DNA of 64,000 nucleotides from a virus, in the IMG/VR virus record IMGVR_UViG_3300034102_002416. The stretch is one strand, 5' to 3'. This document shows, one piece after another, positions 32,746 to 42,413 of the stretch. The position numbers and the translations under genes are program-made. The notes beneath the pieces were generated by a model that was not told the DNA's origin, did not search any database, and worked only from the letters and a program-made list of their open reading frames with translations. Positions within the stretch are counted from its first letter, which is position 1, and every line of letters begins with the position of its first letter.

Positions 32746-32940
32746 TTATCGTACAAAACGATCCATAAATACGTTGATATTTTCATTTCTCACTTCTAAT
32801 ACATCATATCCAGTTAATTCTATAAATATAATCCCAGAATCTTCATAAATCTGTTGTATATGTGCTATATTCACATAACGAACCATATGGTTACCATCTT
32901 TTTGCGTAACCGTTATTGGAATAAATGTATAGGGTTTCAT
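32746..32940 (-). CDS. Hypothetical protein
   Basis: 64 aa; YVNIAHIQQI. Confidence 0.45.
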   Translation of the reverse strand: MKPYTFIPITVTQKDGNHMVRYVNIAHIQQIYEDSGIIFIELTGYDVLEVRNENINVFMDRFVR

Positions 32941-33467
32941 TAATCTAATCCTCTAGTACGACCCGCTGCTCGTTCGCGATCCATAAAATCTCGCATAGCA
33001 TCACCACCGTATGTAGTAGGTTTTTGTCCTGCATTCAAAAATCGTTGTATCGCAATATTAAGTTGTTCAGCTTGTTTACCAGTTAATGAGTTTACATCCA
33101 TTCGGTTTACTTTTTTCAAAAACATGTCGATAACTTCCTGTGTTCTAGCATCTCGTTGCAACATGGTATTGATACCTCGTAGATATACCCGATAAACTGA
33201 ATCATATTTAGCTAATTCATAATCTGAAATATCTAAACGATCTTGCAAATTTGCAGGAATATTATCCCAATCTGATTCTTTATTATATGGATCAGCCGAA
33301 TCTAAACCAGCATTTAATAATACAGTACCACGTTCTGTTTCATTCATGTTTTTCCAGATTTCATCTGCAGAATACATAGAAGATTCGGAAATTATTTTAT
33401 TTATACGAGTTAATTCTTCTTTAAGAATTTTAATATGTCTAGGATTATTATGATCAAATATTTTCAT
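32940..33467 (-). CDS. Hypothetical late protein
   Basis: N-terminal ILKEE..IISE. Confidence 0.5.
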   Translation of the reverse strand: MKIFDHNNPRHIKILKEELTRINKIISESSMYSADEIWKNMNETERGTVLLNAGLDSADPYNKESDWDNIPANLQDRLDISDYELAKYDSVYRVYLRGINTMLQRDARTQEVIDMFLKKVNRMDVNSLTGKQAEQLNIAIQRFLNAGQKPTTYGGDAMRDFMDRERAAGRTRGLD

Positions 33468-33488
33468 ATGTTTAACTTTTTTTTTTAT

Positions 33489-34763
33489 TTATACTAAACG
33501 GTTTACAACATCTTTTGTTATATCATTATAAATGTCTTCTGCATATTTTAAGCGACTACTAGAAATTGATGATGGTCTTTCGAAATATTTTGCAAAAATA
33601 TATGCAGCGTCTCTAGGATTTGTTTGTTTTTTTAACTGAGATAAAGCTCGAGATTCTGTTGTGTTAAGTTCGTGCCATAAAAATTCAAGTTGGGCAGTTG
33701 CGGATTTAGGATCTGCATTATTCTTGCTACTCCAGTTTAGTAATTTTTGATAACGATCCTTATGCCATTGTGCTAAACCATGGGAAGTGCCGTTATCACC
33801 GACTGCGGTTGTATTAAAACCTGACTCAACTTGTAGATTTCCAGCAATTCCAGAAGCTTGTGATGTTGTTAATCCTTTATTTTTAAAAAATTTAACAATC
33901 TGATCACCAGTTATCCGAGTACCACTATACGTTTCTGATGGTTTAGCTGTTGATTTTGCTGTTTGTGGTTGTCGGCCTAGTAATTTTTGAACAAAATCCG
34001 AAGCTAATATTCCTGAAACTAAATTTATTGCTTTTTGAGACCATGAATTATCGGCTTCAGCCTGTTTTTGTTTATTAGCTAAATCTTCAATTGCTTTTTG
34101 TGTTTTTGGACCAGACACTCCCAATTCAGTTTCGCGACCTAAGTCATATCCTAGTCGCTGTAATTTTGCTTGTGTTTTACGAATACTTGAAGTATTAGCA
34201 GAATTTCTAGAAGTTAATTGCAATAGTATTGTTTTTACTGCATCATAAATTATGTTTTGACCGTTTTGATTAAAATGAATTCGGTCTCCTAAAAAATTTG
34301 AACGGTCTTGTGTTAATAAATGTGCATCAACAATGAAGTCAGATATGTTTTGAGAACGTATCCATTGTGCAATTGCATCGGCTCCTGGAAATTTTGATGG
34401 ATCTTTAGTATGTTTTTTTGTAGGATTTGTAATAGCAATTACTAACGCGCCATTTATATGTGCTAAATTATACATAGCAGTTAAATTCTTGGCAGAAACA
34501 TCAGCAGTTTTTCTCCATGCATCATTACTTCCTGCTAGAATACATACAACATCATAGCTATCATTAATAGAATTTCGCATCATCGCCAATATTTGCGAAG
34601 TATTTGCGCCGCCTTTGGCTACAACATCACCATCTACGATTCCGTTTTTTAAAAGTTTATATGCATAACTTATAGAAGACATCGCAGTCTGCGAATCTCC
34701 TAAAAATAATACACGCAACTTCTGTTGCCGATCGTCTTGTTCTATTAATTTGATGTGTTTCAT
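33489..34763 (-). CDS. SGNH/GDSL esterase + PG-binding + phage tail lysozyme fusion
   Basis: FLGDSQT, GGANT, AGSND, DRIH; LQRLGYDLG..GVSGPKT; GIAGNLQVESGFN..GLAQW..R..QLEF..EL..FERP. Confidence 0.85.
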   Translation of the reverse strand: MKHIKLIEQDDRQQKLRVLFLGDSQTAMSSISYAYKLLKNGIVDGDVVAKGGANTSQILAMMRNSINDSYDVVCILAGSNDAWRKTADVSAKNLTAMYNLAHINGALVIAITNPTKKHTKDPSKFPGADAIAQWIRSQNISDFIVDAHLLTQDRSNFLGDRIHFNQNGQNIIYDAVKTILLQLTSRNSANTSSIRKTQAKLQRLGYDLGRETELGVSGPKTQKAIEDLANKQKQAEADNSWSQKAINLVSGILASDFVQKLLGRQPQTAKSTAKPSETYSGTRITGDQIVKFFKNKGLTTSQASGIAGNLQVESGFNTTAVGDNGTSHGLAQWHKDRYQKLLNWSSKNNADPKSATAQLEFLWHELNTTESRALSQLKKQTNPRDAAYIFAKYFERPSSISSSRLKYAEDIYNDITKDVVNRLV

Positions 34764-34912
34764 TTTCCTTGTGCTACATATGGTTTAACGTAGTTAGTTG
34801 CATTTTTACTACGACTTATTTTTGTTTTAGCATGAATACCTGGTCTTTTTACTTTTGGTTTTTTAATATGTAATTTAACAGCATTCCCTTTAACTTTTTT
34901 TACTGCGGCCAT
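34760..34912 (-). CDS. Small highly basic protein (50 aa)
   Basis: MAAVKKVKGNAVKLHIKKPKVKRPGIHAKTKISRSKNATNYVKPYVAQGK; ATGA overlap with next gene. Confidence 0.6.
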   Translation of the reverse strand: MAAVKKVKGNAVKLHIKKPKVKRPGIHAKTKISRSKNATNYVKPYVAQGK

Positions 34913-35021
34913 GTAAATCCTTTATTATAATATTAATAACATTACATAACCCAGCAAATGCCATAGAAAACATACCAATTAAAAATCCAAATAACCTGTT
35001 CATATTAATAAATATTAAACA

Positions 35022-35051
35022 GTAAAAAAACCTTCTTTTTAGGGAAGGTTT
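35022..35051 (-). terminator. Intrinsic terminator
   Basis: AAACCTTC..GAAGGTTT stem followed by T-tract and ACTGTT. Confidence 0.65.
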
Positions 35052-35073
35052 CTTACATTTATTTAACTTGCTA

Positions 35074-35448
35074 TTATTTTAAATTTTCTAACTTATAAAT
35101 AGTAGTATAAATTAAATCTTTGAATGCATCTAACTGGTTAATTATGTTAGTGTTTTCTTTTGGTATTTTATTATATGCACGATCGATATAAGTAGCTAAC
35201 GCCTTAAAGTATTTCACAGCTGTTTCTTCTGAATATTCATCAAATCGTTCAGCAGGTACAAATCCATTTAATAATCCGTTACGGCCTTGCCATGCTTCAA
35301 CTAATGCATCTAATAAATCTGGTACTGCATCATAATATTTGCAAAGTGCTTTATGAGCAGCATACGACCCTGGACCTGTTGTTCCCCAATGAAAGATATG
35401 TGCTTGGTCTCGGGAAGCCATTAGGGTGGATACTAATTTTTCAAACAT
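35074..35448 (-). CDS. Ferritin/Dps-like (DUF5856-type) protein
   Basis: QAHIFHW, SYAAHKAL..YYD..DALVEAWQG, TIYKL. Confidence 0.8.
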   Translation of the reverse strand: MFEKLVSTLMASRDQAHIFHWGTTGPGSYAAHKALCKYYDAVPDLLDALVEAWQGRNGLLNGFVPAERFDEYSEETAVKYFKALATYIDRAYNKIPKENTNIINQLDAFKDLIYTTIYKLENLK

Positions 35449-35456
35449 TGCGTTCC

Positions 35457-35942
35457 TTATTTATTTCCAACGTAATTTTTACGAATTCGATCTATTAATG
35501 GAGTTTCGCGTAATGCTTGAAGTCCTCCTTTAGTAATAAGAAGTGATTCATTTTGTTTTCGTTTATCAATTTCGCGATTTATTTTTTCAATATCCTCTTC
35601 GTTACCTTCATAACGAGAAAGATTAACTTTCATATCAGTTAATGCATTAAGTGAATAATCTGAAAAATCTGAATCTTCTTTATCTGCTGCTGCTTTCTTC
35701 ATTGATTCTTCTTCGTTACCATCGCCATCTAGATCGATATAATCTGGTTTAGCTTCTTCTTCTACAGTTTCTTCTGCATCAACATCTACTTCTTCACCAT
35801 CTTCAAACGGCATATTTAATTCTGCCTCTTCTTGCAGTTTACGTTCATATGCTGCGGTTGTATCAGCAAGGGTAGGTAAAGATCCATTTGCTTTACGTTC
35901 CCACGCAAAACCTTCGGCAAGTATGTTTTTAAGTTTTATCAC
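35457..35942 (-). CDS. Acidic late protein with MIKLKNILAE tag and EF-hand-like DLDGDGN
   Basis: GTG start; late box at 35958-35965; PDYIDLDGDGNEEESMKKA. Confidence 0.6.
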   Translation of the reverse strand: MIKLKNILAEGFAWERKANGSLPTLADTTAAYERKLQEEAELNMPFEDGEEVDVDAEETVEEEAKPDYIDLDGDGNEEESMKKAAADKEDSDFSDYSLNALTDMKVNLSRYEGNEEDIEKINREIDKRKQNESLLITKGGLQALRETPLIDRIRKNYVGNK

Positions 35943-35973
35943 GATATTCCTTTTAGTATAAATATATGAACAG

Positions 35974-35996
35974 TAAAAAAGCCCCTTATACGGGGC
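35974..35996 (-). terminator. Intrinsic terminator
   Basis: GCCCC-GTATAA-GGGGC followed by T6 and ACTGTT. Confidence 0.7.
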
Positions 35997-36021
35997 CTTA
36001 ATAACTATATATAAAATCTAA

Positions 36022-36252
36022 TTAATCAAATGCATTTTGCATTTTCTGTGTAATTGGATTTAATTCTTGCTGAACATATTTAATAACATTCTCAGATTCT
36101 GTTACTAAAGTACCATGTTCACCATGGGTAACAATTCCACCTCGTTTCGAAGTTTTTACTTTTAGGATACCGTGTCCTAAATCGGTTACTTGCACTGTGT
36201 CGGATTCTAAACAGTGTGTGTTTGTACTAGGTTCTAAAACAACTACTTGCAT
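36022..36252 (-). CDS. Small HGEH-motif protein, partner of upstream gene
   Basis: THGEHGTL..YVQQE. Confidence 0.5.
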   Translation of the reverse strand: MQVVVLEPSTNTHCLESDTVQVTDLGHGILKVKTSKRGGIVTHGEHGTLVTESENVIKYVQQELNPITQKMQNAFD

Positions 36253-36316
36253 ATGATATTGATTTATGATTACTTAATTAATATAATAAAATTATTTGAA
36301 ATATACAATCTAATTA

Positions 36317-37102
36317 TTAACTTTGTGCCGTTAATAATCCAAAATACTGTTCTTTGCTTAAAGATACCATATTTCCACGTGGTTCAATATCTTCAGTTAA
36401 TTCAACTAATAATATATCACCTTGACGTTTTAGTTCTTTAATAAATGGAATTAAATTTTCATGTATGAAAAATGTACGAGCAATTGCTTCTAATGGATCT
36501 GCTTTATATTGCTCATCGATCCACAGCCAATGCTCATTATCAGTCGTTGTGCACCAACATCTAACAGCATATACATCTTCACGTAATCCTAATTTTTTGC
36601 CATTAACTCGGTGTGTTTCGAAAATAACATCATATTCACGATATCCTAAAAATTCACCGTCCTTAGAAAATTGTTTATGACGAACAGGCTGTCCTGCGGT
36701 CGCAAATCTTTTATGACCTAATTCCTTAATCATATCTGGTACTCGTATACAACCAAACACAATAGATTTAAATAACTCAGAATTAATTTGAAAAGCTTCT
36801 GTATAACTATACGGTTTCACAGAATCATACTCTTTTCTAAACTGTGTTAGTACATTAGCTAATGGTGTTAATAATTCTGGATTATTGCACTTATTAATAG
36901 ATTCTTCAATTGGAGCAACAAATCCGGCAATAAAACGTTCGCGATTAGTATACTTGGTTTTTAAAAAACGAAGCACAGCTGAAGTTAATACGGACTGTTT
37001 ATTGCTTCGCCACACAGTATCTATAACATAAAACGTGTCATCATCTGTTTCATAGAAAAATCCTGGGGTATCTTGGAAAAAATATACTTTCATAACTAGC
37101 AA
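36317..37102 (-). CDS. Hypothetical protein (DUF6745-like C-terminus)
   Basis: AVRCWCTTT..HWLWI..DPLEAIARTF; RQGD. Confidence 0.55.
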   Translation of the reverse strand: MLVMKVYFFQDTPGFFYETDDDTFYVIDTVWRSNKQSVLTSAVLRFLKTKYTNRERFIAGFVAPIEESINKCNNPELLTPLANVLTQFRKEYDSVKPYSYTEAFQINSELFKSIVFGCIRVPDMIKELGHKRFATAGQPVRHKQFSKDGEFLGYREYDVIFETHRVNGKKLGLREDVYAVRCWCTTTDNEHWLWIDEQYKADPLEAIARTFFIHENLIPFIKELKRQGDILLVELTEDIEPRGNMVSLSKEQYFGLLTAQS

Positions 37103-37336
37103 TTAAAGGTTACAATAAAATTCATGAACTACACCTGATGTCGATGCTACAAGATGATATTCCCATAAACCAACTTGTTCACCAACTTCGAACCGACCAT
37201 GCCAAGCTGCCCGTCCCGATTTCCAATAACCTGTAAATTTTCCTGTTTTTGCGTTTGGGCTATTCTTAGTTCGTCCAGGCCACCCATACAACCTCGCATT
37301 CCTTCGAGCTAACTCTTCTTCATTTTCTTTAGTCAT
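37103..37336 (-). CDS. MORN-variant repeat protein
   Basis: GKFTGYWKSG..GRFEVGEQVGLWEY; has its own cassette promoter. Confidence 0.55.
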   Translation of the reverse strand: MTKENEEELARRNARLYGWPGRTKNSPNAKTGKFTGYWKSGRAAWHGRFEVGEQVGLWEYHLVASTSGVVHEFYCNL

Positions 37337-37420
37337 ATCTCTTATTTTTTAATATACTTAAAGATAAGAAAAAAAAGAACACGAGTCAAGCATTTTGCAA
37401 GAAAAGTTCGAAAAAAGTTT
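37334..37420 (-). promoter_or_regulatory. Early cassette promoter + leader (outlying copy)
   Basis: TTGACT-17-TATCTTTA followed by AAAAAATAAGAGATATG. Confidence 0.7.
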
Positions 37421-37483
37421 CATGGTAATAGAACGTTAGTAAGCCCGAATAAGATAAGTGCGCCCTTCCAGGTCCGCACAGTA

Positions 37484-37996
37484 TTAATTCATGGCATCCG
37501 ATACACCCGAAGCATCATACGCCGTTTTACGAACTATCCACAATTTACCGTTGCGATACAACCAGGTGTACCCAGACGTAGCTAAACGTGATGCATTTGC
37601 TTGAAGCATCATTTTGTATATACGAGTCTTTTGCAGATCCTTCTCGGTGCTTGAGGTATCCGATCCAGTAATGTCAATGCTCTCAGGTTGCCAATCCGCA
37701 ATGAAGTCTAACAAGGCGGCCGCCACAGTACTCATTAAGCGTAGATAGGAAATTTGACCTGTCGCTGCACTACGGGCATGCGCCGCAGTCCATCCACCGG
37801 GCTCGCGAGTTGGAGTTAGTATGGCAAAATCCCATTCTCTGCTGTTATGTGGTGTAAATGCAAACAAGATGCGTACGCCGTCAGCATCAATTTCTGCTTC
37901 ACGATGTTCTCCGTTTTCACGCCACACGAAATTGCTCACATAGGGGTCGACACTTCCTATACCAATTTCAGTTAATAAGTCTTGCAAACGTATCAT
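37484..37996 (-). CDS. Late protein with MIRLQDLLTEIG tag (paralog of 38049..38516)
   Basis: Shared N-terminus and (YL/VY)R(L/V)MSTV core; late box at 38003-38010. Confidence 0.6.
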   Translation of the reverse strand: MIRLQDLLTEIGIGSVDPYVSNFVWRENGEHREAEIDADGVRILFAFTPHNSREWDFAILTPTREPGGWTAAHARSAATGQISYLRLMSTVAAALLDFIADWQPESIDITGSDTSSTEKDLQKTRIYKMMLQANASRLATSGYTWLYRNGKLWIVRKTAYDASGVSDAMN

Positions 37997-38048
37997 ATAC
38001 ACATAAATATCTGTTTCCGCATAAATGCTGGAAACGATTCACAGCCTT

Positions 38049-38516
38049 TTACTTGTCTTTAATTCCCGTCCAATCAAATCGATCCAAGAATCCACGTTTA
38101 GCCCGACGCGTTAACTCCAGAAATGATGCCGTCTCTGCCGTAACCTCATATGCTGGTAACCCGCGCATCACATAACTACGATATAGCCGCATTCTGCGTG
38201 GATCCGATTTAGCAACGCCAAACACTATTTGTGTAGGACGCAGTTTTTCCACTGCGCGCTTCGCAATCTCAACAACCGTGCTCATTACACGATACACATC
38301 AGACTCCGCCGTTTCCACATCATGGTGGAACCGTCCATCCGCACCTTTAACTGCAAAAGAAATTTCCATGATCTCATCAGACCCATATGGAAATGTGACT
38401 TGATACATTGTACCACCCGCAGTCTCGAAATAAGCTTCTCCATTGTACATTTGAAATGGATATGGGGTCGCTGAGCCTTCCCCTATTTCTGCGAGCAATT
38501 GTTTTAATCGTATCAT
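38049..38516 (-). CDS. Late protein with MIRLKQLLAEIG tag
   Basis: VYRVMSTV..RMRLY core. Confidence 0.6.
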   Translation of the reverse strand: MIRLKQLLAEIGEGSATPYPFQMYNGEAYFETAGGTMYQVTFPYGSDEIMEISFAVKGADGRFHHDVETAESDVYRVMSTVVEIAKRAVEKLRPTQIVFGVAKSDPRRMRLYRSYVMRGLPAYEVTAETASFLELTRRAKRGFLDRFDWTGIKDK

Positions 38517-38554
38517 ATTAATTCTTCGAAGAAGATGTGTTATTTTAATAATTA

Positions 38555-39136
38555 TTAAATTAATTCGTAATAATTATTGTTTTCATCAACTATTAATATA
38601 ATACCATCTGCCTGCATTATTGTCGCAGTTTTACCTATAGGCAATATCGAGAATAATTGTGTTTTATTAACCTTTTTGCGAGTTTGCATTTTTTTTACTT
38701 TTTCGTCGTAGTTCATTTCTTGTTCCGCGAGATTCTTGTTATCATTAGTCGTTTGTTTGTTAAGATATATCTTATCGTATTGATTTAAAGAAAGATATTT
38801 ACCATTAATCTTTTTATCTAACATACGATCGAACATTTGCAAAACTTTGCCTTTATGCAATTTATTGCGTTGCAACATTTGTTTAACTTGATCGGGAGTT
38901 AATCCTGGCTGTAACGCTGCGATAACCTTGCTATCACTTGCATCCAGTAACTCTCCAGTTTTTGGTACATATTTTGCCGTAGCAATTCCATCGGGGTTAC
39001 TAGGTCCTTTACGTAAATGATACATGTTTACTGGAACTGTTTCTAGGCTTCTAGGCTCCGGCACTTCCTTGTTAGGAATTTGGTTGGCGAATTGTTCGTT
39101 TAAGATGTTTTTAAAAATGTTTTTTAGCTTAATCAT
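38555..39136 (-). CDS. Late protein with MIKLKNI..LNEQ tag
   Basis: Late box at 39162-39169. Confidence 0.55.
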   Translation of the reverse strand: MIKLKNIFKNILNEQFANQIPNKEVPEPRSLETVPVNMYHLRKGPSNPDGIATAKYVPKTGELLDASDSKVIAALQPGLTPDQVKQMLQRNKLHKGKVLQMFDRMLDKKINGKYLSLNQYDKIYLNKQTTNDNKNLAEQEMNYDEKVKKMQTRKKVNKTQLFSILPIGKTATIMQADGIILIVDENNNYYELI

Positions 39137-39256
39137 GATTATACCTTATTATTATACTATAATAAATATATGCACCGCATATTCTAATAAAGAGCATCTA
39201 TATAGCAAAATTTTTACCCGTGCTAGAAAAACATATATAACCTCCTCCATATATCA

Positions 39257-39371
39257 GGGGGTGTTCTACCCCTTAATGAAACCCTCCCCCACCCCCCTGT
39301 TTTGGGGGGGCTACCGGGGTCAAATACGGGGGGGCTATACCCCATGTAAATAGGGGGGCTACCTACCCCCC
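39257..39371. repeat. G/C homopolymer element with 3x G6-7CTA at ~24 bp period
   Basis: GGGGGG(G)CTA at 39304, 39328, 39353; C-tracts able to pair with them; non-coding. Confidence 0.75.
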
Positions 39372-39399
39372 TTTCTAGACTCTATATATGTATGGAATG

Positions 39400-39612
39400 C
39401 TATTGTGGCAACACTCCTTCTGCTATGCAGTCACTCATTCCTAATGACGGTATGCCTAATGCAGTTCTCAATTCGAATACCGGACCCCAAGCATTGCGGC
39501 TTATCGCTGTCACCACGTGGTCCTCTCCGAATGTCTTCTTGTCGGCTTGAAGTGTTTGCCATGCTCGGGCTTCTGTGATTTGGATTGCTCGGATTAACTC
39601 TTTCTTTGTCAT
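39400..39612 (-). CDS. Small early hypothetical protein
   Basis: AAAAGAGAGAGTATG leader. Confidence 0.55.
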   Translation of the reverse strand: MTKKELIRAIQITEARAWQTLQADKKTFGEDHVVTAISRNAWGPVFELRTALGIPSLGMSDCIAEGVLPQ

Positions 39613-39718
39613 ACTCTCTCTTTTATTTTTTATTAACTTGAACTCCTAGGATAAAACCTACAATTAGGCCTATTGCTAACATTGCTGTTTCTATATGCAT
39701 CTCTCTCGTTATATATTA

Positions 39719-39922
39719 TTACTTACCTAATGCCTTTAAGCATTCTGCGCACCCTACTTCTTCAATGCCGGCAAATAATGCGTGATTGCTGCTTAATGCT
39801 GGAGTACCACATACATTGCCTTTGCCTAATTGGTATGCGTGTGCCGTGCCGGTCCACACATTGCCTTTGTTACCAAAGATCATAAATCCTGCGCCTAATT
39901 CTTTTACTGCTACTTTTTTCAT
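39719..39922 (-). CDS. Small Cys/His zinc-binding early protein
   Basis: AH..VCG..GCAEC; cassette promoter at 39920-40005. Confidence 0.6.
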   Translation of the reverse strand: MKKVAVKELGAGFMIFGNKGNVWTGTAHAYQLGKGNVCGTPALSSNHALFAGIEEVGCAECLKALGK

Positions 39923-40016
39923 ATCTCTTTCTTTTAATTTTATAATATAAAGATAAGGATAATAAGTACACGTGTCAACCTTTTTCCAAGAAAAGTTTAA
40001 ACTTTTTTTCAGCAGA

Positions 40017-40066
40017 AATCCGACACCATTTCTGATGCCGGATCCTTATTTGAGAGATATGTTTAC
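40017..40066 (-). ncRNA. Anti-leader + GNRA hairpin RNA motif, copy A (3' UTR)
   Basis: GUAAACAUAUCUCUCAA then AUCCGGCAUCA-GAAA-UGGUGUCGGAU. Confidence 0.55.
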
Positions 40067-41017
40067 TTATTCTGCTGCGATGATTTGTTCTGCTATCATC
40101 TCCTCCGGATTATCAAATCCCATTGCGCATATTCTTGCTGCTTTGATAAAGCTTCTGAGGTTAACATCGATGCCGGCAAATTTGCTGTCTAGACGTTTCA
40201 TAATCTCTAATGCTTGTTGCTTTGCTGCTATTGGAATGCTACGCTCCATGCCTTCCATCAATTGCTCCATTCGAGTAAACATCTGAGTGGTGTTCATTGT
40301 GATGTCTGACACAAAGCTACGTGAACGAATTGCCTCATCTAATTTGCTTTGATGGATGTTGGAGATGAATATGATGCGACCTGTAAACTCAAAGTGTGGT
40401 GGGATTGGATCGCCGTACTCATCCTTAAGTGGCTTGCTAGAGATATAAGATATCTTGCGTGTGTCATAGCTGTCTAATGCTGCCTTAAGGATATTAACTG
40501 CATCGTCATCTTTGAATACGGAGTCACAGTCATCCAACACAATAATCTTATCCGAATTTTGATACAAGGTAATAAACAATCCGGCTGCTGTGGCACGACC
40601 TTTGAAGTGAACAAAGTCTTTGGATTCTGTAAGACCCATTCCTTTAAGAGTCTCTTTAACTAAGTGTGTCTTACCTACACCTGCCATACCTGTGATAACT
40701 AATGAAGGCTGAATACCTCTACCTACCATCTTAGTAAGACGCTCCAGGTTGCTGAACATTACTTGTGGATCTCTGCCTTCGAGTACTGTCATGAAAGACA
40801 TCTTTGCTGGTGCTGCTGGTGCTACGGCTACTCCTGCCATGGCTGCTGCTACTCTGCTTACTCTGCCGTTAGCGCTTACCATTAATACTTCTCGGTTAGC
40901 TTCTGCCGTGCGTAATTGCACATCGCGGATTAAACCCTTTGGCGCGAACTCTCCTGACTTCACATTCTTCGCCATTAACTTGCCTTTTACTCTTACTGCT
41001 TCAAATACATTCATCAT
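40067..41017 (-). CDS. P-loop/AAA-type ATPase
   Basis: Walker A GMAGVGKT; Walker B IIVLDDCD; FTGRIIFISN; AIRSR. Confidence 0.85.
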   Translation of the reverse strand: MMNVFEAVRVKGKLMAKNVKSGEFAPKGLIRDVQLRTAEANREVLMVSANGRVSRVAAAMAGVAVAPAAPAKMSFMTVLEGRDPQVMFSNLERLTKMVGRGIQPSLVITGMAGVGKTHLVKETLKGMGLTESKDFVHFKGRATAAGLFITLYQNSDKIIVLDDCDSVFKDDDAVNILKAALDSYDTRKISYISSKPLKDEYGDPIPPHFEFTGRIIFISNIHQSKLDEAIRSRSFVSDITMNTTQMFTRMEQLMEGMERSIPIAAKQQALEIMKRLDSKFAGIDVNLRSFIKAARICAMGFDNPEEMIAEQIIAAE

Positions 41018-41105
41018 ATCTCTCTCTTTTTAATTTATATAAAGATAAGGAAAAAAACCCTTCGTGTCAACCTTTTTGGTAACTTTTTTTAAGAAAAGTT
41101 TCCGG

Positions 41106-41360
41106 CTATTCTTCGCCGGCTACTTCCTCATGTAGATCCAATAACCACTGACGATTCATCATCTCTTGCTTGTATGTCTTAACACAATACAATTCAAATG
41201 GAGCAATCGGATCCTCTGATTTGAACTCGACATGGAATTCATCCCATACCTTGCGTGACTCCTCAAAGGTTGCTAATACATCCGCTGGAGCTATGTCTAA
41301 TTCATACTGCTGAACGATCCCTCTGGTTAACTCTCCCTTTACTGTTACATTTACTTTCAT
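41106..41360 (-). CDS. Small early hypothetical protein
   Basis: Cassette promoter and leader. Confidence 0.6.
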   Translation of the reverse strand: MKVNVTVKGELTRGIVQQYELDIAPADVLATFEESRKVWDEFHVEFKSEDPIAPFELYCVKTYKQEMMNRQWLLDLHEEVAGEE

Positions 41361-41574
41361 ATCTCTCTCTTTTTAATTTATATAAAGATAAGGAAAATAA
41401 GAACACGTGTCAAGCATTTAGGTAACTTTTTTTAAACTTTTTTTACGCCGACGGTAAGAAGGATTGTGGTTGGAATTAGACCTAATAGGCCAATACAGTT
41501 ACCAGTTGCTACTAATGCAAGTCCGGTGATCAATGCTAATACTGATGTTGTTTCTTTCATATGCTCTCTTTTTT

Positions 41575-41632
41575 ACGTCCGCAAGGGCCAACATTGCTGC
41601 TGACCCGGGACTATGTTGAGAGATATGTTTAC
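41575..41632 (-). ncRNA. Anti-leader + GNRA hairpin RNA motif, copy B (3' UTR)
   Basis: GUAAACAUAUCUCUCAA then GUCCG-GGUC-AGCA-GCAA-UGUU..GGCC..CGGAC. Confidence 0.55.
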
Positions 41633-42063
41633 TCTTCTGGGTCGCCGTCGATTACTTCTTCGTCTTCGGCTTCTTCATCATCTTCATTGCGCTCCAACTC
41701 TACGACGTCGTCAGTTTCAACTTCCGCCTCTTCCGGCTCCTCAACGAATCTTTCTAAGGAGGCAGTGACATGATCCATTATTTCCCTCATATTGACGTCG
41801 ACACTATTTAATTCGATTCGGTTATCATAAGTCAACTCAAACTCCGCAGAATCTACATCAATCAAGTCTCTGCTATTATAATCCAAACTTCGTTCAATTC
41901 TATTAGCAATCTCTTCAGCAAAGTCTGGAGTCAATTTGAAATCCTTCTCAACGATAACTACCGGCTCGATGCTTTGGATCAATGCAATAACATTGTCAAT
42001 GCTTACTACTGAGGTTAGCGCCTTTGCTCCCTCCAACTGTGCAATTAAATTTTCTTTTGTCAT
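41629..42063 (-). CDS. Acidic early protein
   Basis: Start MTKENLIAQ after GAGAGAT leader; D/E-rich tail. Confidence 0.65.
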   Translation of the reverse strand: MTKENLIAQLEGAKALTSVVSIDNVIALIQSIEPVVIVEKDFKLTPDFAEEIANRIERSLDYNSRDLIDVDSAEFELTYDNRIELNSVDVNMREIMDHVTASLERFVEEPEEAEVETDDVVELERNEDDEEAEDEEVIDGDPEE

Positions 42064-42149
42064 ATCTCTCTCTTTTAAATTTATAATATAAAAATAATGA
42101 ATTAAATAATGCGTGTCAACCTTTTTTGAAACTTTTTTCAAACTTTTTT

Positions 42150-42341
42150 TTACTTGGATTTGCAAGGGCAAGATTCAGAGTGAACCACTCCTCCATCGTA
42201 ATGGTTACCATCAAATGATAGGTACTCATGTCCTTCGAATTTAATAACCTGAATCGATCCGCCGTGATAACTAGTCTCCGGGTTTCTTTGTGATGTACAT
42301 CCTACCAATGCTACTGCTAATGCCAATGCTAATGTTTTCAT
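42150..42341 (-). CDS. Small lipoprotein
   Basis: Lipobox LVGC; GGVVHSESCPC. Confidence 0.65.
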   Translation of the reverse strand: MKTLALALAVALVGCTSQRNPETSYHGGSIQVIKFEGHEYLSFDGNHYDGGVVHSESCPCKSK

Positions 42342-42413
42342 ATCTCTCTCTCTTTTAATTTTAATAAAGATAAGGTTTTAATCAATGCGAGTCAACCTTT
42401 TTGGTAACTTTTT

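Noticed and set aside
34760-34912. Phage ribosomal protein bS21
   Set aside because: The protein is basic but lacks bS21 motifs (ALRRFK, EKPS)
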